DNA of 7,940 nucleotides from Octopus sinensis (taxonomy: Eukaryota). Shown one piece after another: positions 1 through 7,227 of this stretch. The notes below the pieces were generated by a model. It was not told the origin of the DNA. It was given only the letters and a program-made list of their open reading frames with translations, and did no database searches. The DNA lies in contig NW_021828552.1 in the NCBI RefSeq assembly GCF_006345805.1, positions 1-7,940 of the forward strand. The letters run 5' to 3'. Within the stretch, counting starts at the first letter, position 1. Every line of letters starts with the position of its first letter. The translations under genes were made by a program, and so were the position numbers.

Positions 1-135
1 CCTCTTGATTGCATGGATAATCTCAGTAAATCTAAATCTTTCATCTCATTGTATTTCATATTGTAGATTTCAGCTTAATCAGTAATTAAGCATGTGATTA
101 TATGTGGCTGATCGTTTCAATTACTTTTCGTATCA

Positions 136-717
136 TGGCAGTGGCGATGGTGATGGGGGTGAGGGTGGGGTACTGAGATGGTGGAGGTGGGCTGGCACTA
201 TAGGGATGGTGATGGGGTGTATAGTCACGGTGGGTAGTTGATGTAATGATGATGATGATGATGATGAAGATAATGCTGGTGGTTGTTGTGGCGGTGGTAG
301 TGGTGGCAATGGATGTGTTAGTGGCGGTGATGGTGGAGGTGTTGGCGGCAGTGGTGATGGTGATGGCTAGCTGTGGCTGTCATGGTCTTGGTGAGGATTA
401 TGGTGGTGGTGGTGGTGGTGGGGGTGATGGTGATGGAGATGATGGTGATGGTGGTGATGGAGTTAACCATTGGGGCAGTGATGATGGCGTTGGTGGTGAT
501 AGTGATGGTGATGATGTTGATGTTGGCAATGGTGGTGAGGGTTTGTACTGAGAGATTGATAGTAGTAGTAGTTGTAGTAGTGGTGGTGGTGGTGGTGGTG
601 ATGGGGTGGTGGTAGTGGTAGTAGTAGTAGTAGTAGTAGTAGTAATGGTGGTAGCAGTGGTGTTGGGGTAGTGGTGGTGGTGGTGGTAGTGACGGTGGTG
701 GTGGTGATGGTGATGGT
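136..717. repeat. Degenerate (GGT)n/(GAT)n/(GTA)n trinucleotide low-complexity tract
   Basis: Directly visible. Includes (ATG)7 at 246-266 and (GTA)9 at 618-644. It explains the poly-V/G/T/H/P ORFs. Confidence 0.95.
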
Positions 718-839
718 GCCGATGTAGATGTCATCTTGACAGCTACAGCCTCCATGCGATGAGTCAGACAATAATTGCAGTTAATAAATTGATGCGAAAT
801 AGAAAAACGATGGGTTCATTCCATGCAGGCATTACTTTT

Positions 840-960
840 GTGTGTGTCAGTGTATGTATGTATGTGTGTGTGTATATATATATATACGTGTGTGTGTGTA
901 TGTATCCTGTGTATGTGTGTGCATGTATGTATGTGTGTGTATATATAAACACACATATAC

Positions 961-996
<36 letters not shown>

Positions 997-1150
997 CAAA
1001 CATGTATATGTGGCATCTATATATATATATATATATGTAAATTATATATTGTTGTGTATATATACTCATGTGTATGTGTGTGTGTGTGTATTCACATGCC
1101 AGAGTTTAAGAATTTGTACTTATTACCTCTCTATCTCTCTCTCTCTCAAA

Positions 1151-1187
<37 letters not shown>

Positions 1188-1390
1188 ATTATATGTTATA
1201 TGTATATATATATATAATATATATATTATTATATATATATATATATGTATGTATGATGTATGTTTAGATATATACAGATATATATGTTATTGTATTATAT
1301 GTATATATAGGCAATATATGTATTTACCTATACATATATTCATACTTACATACACACACTCACTCATACACATATATTTATGCATATGTA

Positions 1391-1431
<41 letters not shown>

Positions 1432-1484
1432 CTCTCTTTCTCACTCTCATAACTGATGATGATGATGATGATGAGATATATATA

Positions 1485-1520
<36 letters not shown>

Positions 1521-1563
1521 TACATTATAATATATATATATATATATATTATAATATATATAA
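840..1563. repeat. Compound dinucleotide microsatellite field, (TG)n/(TA)n/(CA)n, with short (TC)n and (GAT)n
   Basis: Directly visible alternating purine-pyrimidine runs. (TC)n lies at ~1127-1146 and (GAT)n at ~1455-1473. Confidence 0.95.
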
Positions 1564-1736
1564 ATACACTCAAATAAGCAACAAGGATATCCAAGGTAAT
1601 GTAGTCCAATCATTTCATGCTACTTTATTTTATTAAACAATGTAAGTATTACATCAGTTTTTAAAATGTAGTTCAATCTTCAGCCACATAGAGAATTTTC
1701 CAATTAAATAGACAATGTACATTTTTATACTTATTT

Positions 1737-1741
1737 ATATA

Positions 1742-1813
<72 letters not shown>
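1737..1813. repeat. (TA)n microsatellite
   Basis: Perfect (TA)23 at 1744-1789 plus a second TA run. Confidence 0.97.
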
Positions 1814-1891
1814 CATTAATGTTTGTGTTTATGCTCTTATAAATTAAAACAATTTAACATTAATCTGAAGAGTTATTGTGTACTTTTGTTG

Positions 1892-2217
1892 TGGTCATGA
1901 ATGACCATGGGATTGTAACTAGAAAGTTTTCCTCCAATGCAAAAGTCTGTTTATGTTTATGGAAGGATTGTTTATTGAAGACCAGCAGTTGCCTATGGAT
2001 ACCAGCTTCACCTCTTTGTGCCGCCAATGTTGTCCAAGGGAAAGGCAAAGGCCGATACAGCATGGCACCAGTGATGGTGCAAGTCATTTCTACAGCTGAA
2101 TGAACTGGAGCAACGTGAAATGAAGTGCCTTACTCAAGAACACAACACACAACCCGCTCCAGGAATTGAACTCATTACATCATGATTGTGAGTCTGTCAC
2201 TCTAACCACTGAACCAC
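1892..2217 (-). mobile_element. tRNA-derived SINE (family A head, 3' module 1)
   Basis: The minus strand reads GTGGTTCAGTGGTTAG (A-box-like, 2202-2217), then GAGTTCAATTCC (B-box-like, 2162-2173), then a CORE-like TGTGTTCTTGAGTAAGGCACTT. The first ~130 bp align with the SINE at 2846-3100. It ends in a hairpin TGGTCAT-GA-ATGACCA (1892-1907). The 3' extent relies partly on my recall of an octopus SINE consensus. Confidence 0.85.
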
Positions 2218-2226
2218 AAAGAAACA

Positions 2227-2297
2227 TGAAATGAAGTGTTTTGCTGAATAACAAAATCGGAATTGAAACTGGGGTCCTGTGATCAAGAGTGGAACAC
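2227..2297 (-). mobile_element. Short, internally deleted second copy of the family A SINE head
   Basis: TGAAATGAAGTGTTTTGCTGAATAAC...GGAATTGAAACT parallels TGAAATGAAGTGCCTTACTCAAGAAC...GGAATTGAACT in the adjacent SINE (2116-2172). Confidence 0.5.
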
Positions 2298-2351
2298 TAT
2301 GTCATGCATTTTTGCTACACACACACAAACATACATAGCCACACATACATA

Positions 2352-2579
2352 CTGTAAATCCTCGAGTATAGTCTGCTCTTGAGTATAATATGCAGCTTAG
2401 GGTATTTTCGTGCCCGACATCACAAAATGCATCTAAATAAACATTGCCAGACAGCAAATAGAGACTCAGACATTGCTTAGAAAATATTTTTCATTTTTAA
2501 CCTCGTATATAGTACGCACTAGGGATTTTGACCTTTAAATTTTAGGTAAAAAATGCGGATTATACTTGAGGATTTACGG
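2352..2579. mobile_element. 228-bp non-autonomous Tc1/mariner-superfamily MITE (Tc2/pogo-like CCGTA termini)
   Basis: The left TIR is CTGTAAATCCTCGAGTATAGTCTGC (2352-2376). The right TIR reverse-complemented is CCGTAAATCCTCAAGTATAATCCGC (2555-2579), a 21/25 match. TA flanks both ends (2350-2351, 2580-2581). A subterminal repeat CTTGAGTATAATATGC lies at 2378-2393. There is no ORF. Confidence 0.88.
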
Positions 2580-2598
2580 TATGTACACATGTATATAT

Positions 2599-2722
2599 GC
2601 CATGTAAAAAGCATTGGTGCTGGTGCAACGTATAAAGTGCTGCTGTGACATAAGAAGAGCCTGCTGTGGCATAAAAAGTGCTGGTGTGACGTAAAAAGGG
2701 CTGGTGATGGTGTGACAAAAGG
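2599..2722 (+). repeat. Degenerate ~20-26 bp minisatellite, about 6 units of GACGTAAAAAGTGCTGGTGT, inside the RTE-type 3' end
   Basis: Units read GCCATGTAAAAAGCATTGGTGCTGGT / GCAACGTATAAAGTGCTGCTGT / GACATAAGAAGAGCCTGCTGT / GGCATAAAAAGTGCTGGTGT / GACGTAAAAAGGGCTGGTGATGGTGT / GACAAAAGG. Confidence 0.8.
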
Positions 2723-2845
2723 ACCCAGTACATTCTGTAAAGTATTTGGCATTAGGGAAGGTGCCAGCTGTAGAAACCATGCCAAAACAGACAACAGGAC
2801 CTGGTGTGACTCCTAGCTGTCCCAGCTCCAGTAAATTCATCCAAC

Positions 2846-3100
2846 AGTGGAGGCACATGACTCAGTGGTTAGGGTGTTGGACTCATTATTGTAAGATTGT
2901 AGTTTCAGTTCCTAGAACGGGCATTGTGTTCTTGAGCAAAACACTTCACTTCATGGTTCTCCAGTCCACTCACCTGGCAAAAATGAGTAGACCTGTGACG
3001 GACCAGCATCCCGTCCAGGTGAGGGATTTATATGCCGTGGAAACTGGGACACTGGCCTTTATGAGTCAGTATGACTCGAGAAGGTAATTTTATTTTTACC
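2846..3100 (+). mobile_element. tRNA-derived SINE (family A head, 3' module 2)
   Basis: A-box-like TGACTCAGTGG (2858-2868), B-box-like GTTTCAGTTCC (2902-2912), CORE-like TGTGTTCTTGAGCAAAACACTT, then CCTGTGACGGACCAGCATCCCGTCCAGG. It has a terminal hairpin GAGTCA-GTA-TGACTC (3063-3077) and a T-rich tail (3088-3097). Confidence 0.85.
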
Positions 3101-3194
3101 GAAATCATTCAGTCCATGCCAGCATGGATAATGGGCGTTAAATGATGATGACAACGATGTGTTTGTTCATATCCCCTTGTTTTGACATTGTGCA

Positions 3195-3387
3195 ACAGAC
3201 GTAAATGATTGTTGCCATAATTTTTTTCCAATATTTCGGGAAGGAACTTGTCTGACCATAGGGAAATATTACTTTGCTAGGATAGAGATGAGGATTCATA
3301 AAAGGAAGGGCATCCAGCTGCAGAAAACCTGTCCCAATGAAGTCCATCTGATCCATGCCAGCTCTGGAATGTGGAAGTTAAAATGAT
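3195..3387 (+). mobile_element. Retroposon fragment sharing the RTE-type 3' tail
   Basis: AGGAAGGGCATCCAGCTGCAGAAAACC...ATCCATGCCAGC...GTTAAAATGAT (3303-3387) matches the split tail at 2753-3158. The left boundary is uncertain. Confidence 0.6.
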
Positions 3388-3454
3388 AAAAAATTAAAAA
3401 ATAATAGTGATCAATTCCCTGTAGAATCAGATTTTTGATTCTGGCAGATTTTAG

Positions 3455-4046
3455 TGGTGGTCGCAGTGGTGGTGGTGGTGGTGGTAGTAGTGGTAGTGGT
3501 GGTGGTGGTGGTAGTAGTGGTGGTGGTGGTAGTGGTGGTGATAGTAATGGTGGTAGTGGTTTTGGTGGTGTTGTTGATGGTGGTGGTGGCTGTGGTGGTA
3601 GTTGTGATAGTTATGGTGGTGTTGTTGATAGTGGTAGCAGTGGTTGTGGTGATGGTGGTCGTGGTGATAGTGGGTAGGGGTAGAGGTGTTGGTGTTGGAG
3701 GTGATGTTGGTGGTAGATGTGATGGTGGTTGTGATAGTGATGGTGGTGTTGTTGATGGTGGTAGTGGTGGTTGTGGTGGTGGTGATGATAGTGGGTAGGG
3801 GTGGAGGTGTTGGTGATGGAGTTGATGTTGGTGGTGGTTGTGATGGTGGTTGTGATAGTGGTGGTGGTGGTGGTGGACATGACAGTGGTGATGACAGTGG
3901 TGGTTGTGGTGGCAGTGATAGTGGTGGTAGTGGTGATGTTTGTGGTGATGGTGGTGTTTGTAAAGTCGGTGGTGGAGGTAGGTGATGATGGTGATGGCGG
4001 TGGCAGCTGCAGCAGTGGTAGTGGTAGTGGTGGTGGTAGTGGTGGT
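3455..4046. repeat. Degenerate (GGT)n/(GAT)n/(GTT)n low-complexity tract with an internal ~125-bp duplication
   Basis: Directly visible. Duplicated units lie at 3601-3727 and 3728-3848. Confidence 0.95.
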
Positions 4047-4136
4047 GTATTTATCGTTACATTGTTTGGTCTGGTGCCAATTTCATGTGAATTTAATGAC
4101 TTCACTCATTTTCTATATCACTTCTGAACATGACCA

Positions 4137-4148
4137 TACATACACACT

Positions 4149-4180
<32 letters not shown>

Positions 4181-4323
4181 TGTACATATATATATATATA
4201 CTCACACACAAACACGTGTGTGTGTGTGTATTCAATCAAACGTATACAGACATATGAATGTTCACACACATCAACATACACATACATGTAACCATGTACA
4301 TAAATACAAATTGCATATATGTC

Positions 4324-4362
<39 letters not shown>
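4137..4362. repeat. Compound (CA)n/(TA)n/(TG)n microsatellite field
   Basis: Directly visible. Confidence 0.92.
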
Positions 4363-4364
<2 letters not shown>

Positions 4365-4367
4365 GTG

Positions 4368-4757
4368 TAACCACAACCACCAATGCAATCACCGAAACAG
4401 CTTCGAGCACAACCACCACCACCAACACCACCACCACCACAACCTCCACCACCACCACCACAACCTCCACCACCACCACACCACCACCACAACCTCCACC
4501 ACCACCACCACAACCTCCACCACCACCACAACCTCCACCACCACCACAACCACAACCACCACCACCACCAACACCACAACCTCCACCACCAAATCCTCTA
4601 CCACCACCACCACCACCACCAACACCACAACATCCACCACCACCACCACCACCACCACCGCCACCTCCCCACCACCACCACCACTAACACCACTAACACT
4701 GCTGCTACTGCTATATCAACAAATGGTGAGAACTACCTCCACTCCACTCCACCACAC
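4368..4757. repeat. Degenerate (CCA)n tract with an 18-21 bp higher-order unit, (CCA)n-CAA-CCT
   Basis: CCACCACCACAACCT recurs about 6 times between ~4430 and 4590. Confidence 0.95.
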
Positions 4758-4849
4758 CTACACACCATCATGACTATTAACAAAAAGAAGATTATGAGCA
4801 AGAAAATGATTATTTTCTTCAACAACAGAAACGAAAAATATCCTCCTCA

Positions 4850-4953
4850 CCATCAGCAAAGCCACCATCACAATCACCATCACCATCACATCATCATATC
4901 ATCACATCAATATTGTTGTTGTTGTTGTCATCATCACCGTCATCATCATCATC
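4850..4953. repeat. (CAT)n/(CAC)n tract with an embedded (TTG)5
   Basis: Directly visible. Confidence 0.85.
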
Positions 4954-4971
4954 AAGCTCACAGAGCTGGAA

Positions 4972-5068
4972 ACCTTGGTGAAATGTCTCAACTATAGTCC
5001 TAGGGGCCAACAAACACTTATAAACTGTATTTGGTAGATAGAACTGAAAGAAGCACATTATATTTGTA

Positions 5069-5132
<64 letters not shown>
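4972..5132 (+). mobile_element. Truncated middle fragment of SINE family B, ending in its internal microsatellite expanded to (TA)27
   Basis: ACCTTGGTGAAATGTCT...TATTTGGTAGATAGAACTGAAAGAAGC aligns to the reverse complement of 7612-7682 (ACCTTGAGCAAGTGTCT...GATTTAGTAGACAGAAACTGAAAGAAGC). Perfect (TA)27 lies at 5079-5132. Confidence 0.75.
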
Positions 5133-5135
<3 letters not shown>

Positions 5136-5171
5136 CACATATATATATATATATATAAATTTATAAATAAG

Positions 5172-5203
5172 GATAATATCGATATTTAAATATCGATATT
5201 ATC
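5172..5203. repeat. Perfect 32-bp palindrome
   Basis: GATAATATCGATATTTAAATATCGATATTATC equals its own reverse complement. Confidence 0.98.
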
Positions 5204-5635
5204 AAGTAGCCAGTATGGGAATAAATGCTATACAAAGGTAATAATTATATAAAACTATAAATAAGGGTATCTGAGAGATACCCCCATGCTGAAATAGCAG
5301 TCAATACCCTGACTCCAAAAACCACCTTAAAAGATCATATCGCGCCATGAGATAAGACAGAGAGACAAAATAAACTAGCAAAAAATTATCCAGTAAAATC
5401 TGTTTAGCTAGTTTATTATGTAGAAAGTTTATATTTAAGGCAAAAAAAAAACAAAAAAACTCCAAAAAACTATCCATTACAAGTTGAAATTCTTGGTCAA
5501 ATATTTTAATCACAGAATCTGGATGTATTAAAACAAAGACAGGAATTTATGGAATTCTTTTTCAGACTTAGTCTGATGAAAAGCACATGGGCACTTCATA
5601 ATAGTATTAATATTATAGTATGAATTTTATATTTG

Positions 5636-5700
5636 ATTATTATTATTATTTTATTATTATTATAGTATTATTTTATATATTATTATTATTATTATTATTA

Positions 5701-5734
<34 letters not shown>
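5636..5734. repeat. (ATT)n microsatellite
   Basis: Directly visible. Confidence 0.95.
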
Positions 5735-5735
<1 letters not shown>

Positions 5736-6074
5736 GGGAGTGAGCTGGCAGACTCGTTAGCATGCTGGGCTAAATGTTTAGTAGTATTTCACTCATTGCT
5801 ACGTTCTGAGTTCAAATTCCACTGAGGTCGACTTTGCCTTTCATCCTTTCAGGAGTTGATGAATTAAGTACCAGTGAAACACTGGGGGTTGATGTAATTG
5901 ACACGAACACTCCCCAAAAATGTCTAACCTTGTGGCAAAATTTGAAACTATTATTATTATTGTTGTTGTTGCTTTTGTTTTTGTTGTTATTATTATTATT
6001 TTATCATTATTATTATTATTAATTTTATTATTATTATTATTATTAATTTTATTATTATTGTTATTATTATTATT
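5735..6074 (+). mobile_element. tRNA-derived SINE family C with a degenerate (ATT)n/(GTT)n tail, copy 1
   Basis: Head GAGCTGGCAGACTCGTTAG (A-box-like) and GAGTTCAAATTCC (B-box-like, 5808-5820). The body runs to ~5949, followed by the (ATT)n tail. It resembles an abundant octopus SINE as I recall it. Confidence 0.82.
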
Positions 6075-6380
6075 GAGTGAGTGAGCAGAGCATGCCATCA
6101 AAGTGACCCTGGGGTAAAATATACGAAGCCCAGTATACCCATCATGACTACCCGTCTGATAAGGGTACACCAGGCACATGCATCACAACCATATGTGCGC
6201 GACATGGTGATCTCATATCAAGAATAAACAGCACATGACCTTGCAGGTGGGGCCAGTTAGAATTTTCTTTGGTCGAGTAACCCATCCCGCTCAAAAGGTC
6301 CTGAATAAGGGTTGTTTAAGGATGTTGAAGAACCACCCATGTTTCAGAGGTGAATTATCAAAACACAAAGAATCCCTCTC
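6075..6380. mobile_element. 306-bp unclassified interspersed-repeat fragment embedded between (ATT)n tracts
   Basis: A relatively GC-rich, non-coding island with sharp boundaries against (ATT)n on both sides. It resembles a truncated copy of a common octopus repeat (from memory). Class and orientation are not determined. Confidence 0.55.
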
Positions 6381-6440
6381 TATATTATTATTAATTATTA
6401 TTATATTATTATTATTATATTATTATTATTATATTATTAA

Positions 6441-6727
6441 GGGACCGCACTGGCAGACTCGTTAGCATGCTGGGCTAAATGTTTAGTAGTATTTCACTCA
6501 TTGCTAAGTTCTGAGTTCAAATTCCACTGAGGTCGACTTTGCCTTTCATTCTTTCAGGAGTTGATGAATTAAGTACCAGTGAAACACTGGGGGTTGATGT
6601 AATTGACACGAACACTCCCCAAAAATGTCTAACCTTGTGGCAAAATTTGAAACTAATATTATTATTGTTGTTGTTGCTTTTGTTTTTGTTGTTATTATTA
6701 TTATTTTATCATTATTATTATCATTAA

Positions 6728-6761
<34 letters not shown>

Positions 6762-6803
6762 TTTATTATTATTGTTATTATTATTATGATTATTATTATT
6801 ATG

Positions 6804-6834
<31 letters not shown>

Positions 6835-6858
6835 TTATTATCATTATTATTATTAATT
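6441..6858 (+). mobile_element. SINE family C with (ATT)n tail, copy 2 (near-identical duplicate of copy 1)
   Basis: 6450-6787 matches 5745-6073 with 4 substitutions and one 9-bp (ATT)3 indel. It is preceded by (ATT)n at 6381-6439. Confidence 0.9.
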
Positions 6859-7227
6859 ATGTCCATGAAATATCTTTTCTATGTTCTGTTGAAACAATTG
6901 TAACTACTGAATTAACAGTTACTCCATGAATTCCTGCCTACATAGTTCATAGCAGTTTAAAATCATCTGTCATGGACACCAAATCTCTCATATCTTGTGA
7001 TTTCATTCTACTGGAAATCATCAGTGATGGGCATCTGTTAACTGCATGCCAGTCATGGAGTGATTTATGAGTGTGCTTTTATGTTGCAATCTATGTATGT
7101 GCCTTTATGCATTAAGTGCCTATAGAAAAGGACCTCTCAAGGCTAATAAATCAGTATTCAGTGTTCTTACAGGATGTCCATGTTAAGCTGGATATAAATA
7201 TTACCTTTTCGTATTAATACTGATTCT

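Larger units (their letters stand above)
2599..3166 (+). mobile_element. 3' end of an RTE-type non-LTR element (or a SINE carrying its tail), interrupted by a SINE at 2846-3100
   Basis: AGGGAAGGTGCCAGCTGTAGAAACC (2753-2777), ...CATCCAAC (to 2845) and CCATGCCAGCATGG...GTTAAATGATGATGA (3114-3158) are collinear with the uninterrupted related tail at 3303-3387. It has an (ATG)n tail. The RTE assignment rests on my recall of octopus RTE 3' UTRs. Confidence 0.7.

Noticed and set aside
155-191. G-runs as a canonical G-quadruplex
   Set aside because: Only three closely spaced G3+ runs are present, and the fourth is 18 nt away. The GGT tracts offer only weak two-tier potential.
761-767. AP-1-like TGAGTCA and nearby TAAT/ATTGAT homeodomain-like cores in the unique island at 718-840
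   Set aside because: Such short motifs are expected by chance. There is no conservation or chromatin evidence.
764-840. Minus-strand peptide MPAWNEPIVFLF, resembling the C2-domain PxWNExFxF motif
   Set aside because: It is a single short motif with no polypyrimidine acceptor upstream, no clear donor and no other C2 strands. Chance is likely.
246-1613. Many ORFs (poly-V/G/T/H and YIYI repeats)
   Set aside because: They are open in several frames on both strands only because the microsatellites lack stop codons. There is no domain content or splice structure.
2849-2920. tRNA-like heads (also at 2150-2217, 5735-5825 and 7685-7753) as real tRNA genes
   Set aside because: The A and B boxes are degenerate, there is no closable cloverleaf or acceptor stem, and each continues into a SINE body.
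3423-3442. 7-bp hairpin AGAATCA-gatttt-TGATTCT
   Set aside because: It is short, AT-rich and isolated, which is within chance expectation.
3435-4997. Gly-rich, Thr-rich (mucin-like), Pro-rich (extensin-like) and His-rich ORFs up to 204 aa
   Set aside because: They are translations of (GGT)n/(CCA)n that overlap in many frames and run into CA/TA microsatellite. Phase-breaking indels are present. A real low-complexity exon cannot be strictly excluded without RNA-seq, but nothing supports one.
5373-5487. Plus-strand peptide KICLASLLCRKFIFKAKK, faintly like L1/Tx1 ORF2 C-termini
   Set aside because: It is too short and AT-biased, is surrounded by stops, and has no neighbouring CCHC or RT motif.
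5745-6787. Repeat-spacer-repeat read as an LTR/TRIM element or a CRISPR-like array
   Set aside because: The repeats are a Pol III-type SINE plus microsatellite. There are no TG...CA ends, primer-binding site, polypurine tract or outer TSD. There are only two long copies, in eukaryotic context with no cas genes.
5834-6866. Duplicated ORFs MPFILSGVDEL... and poly-N minus-strand ORFs
   Set aside because: They are incidental frames through the duplicated SINE and its (ATT)n tail.
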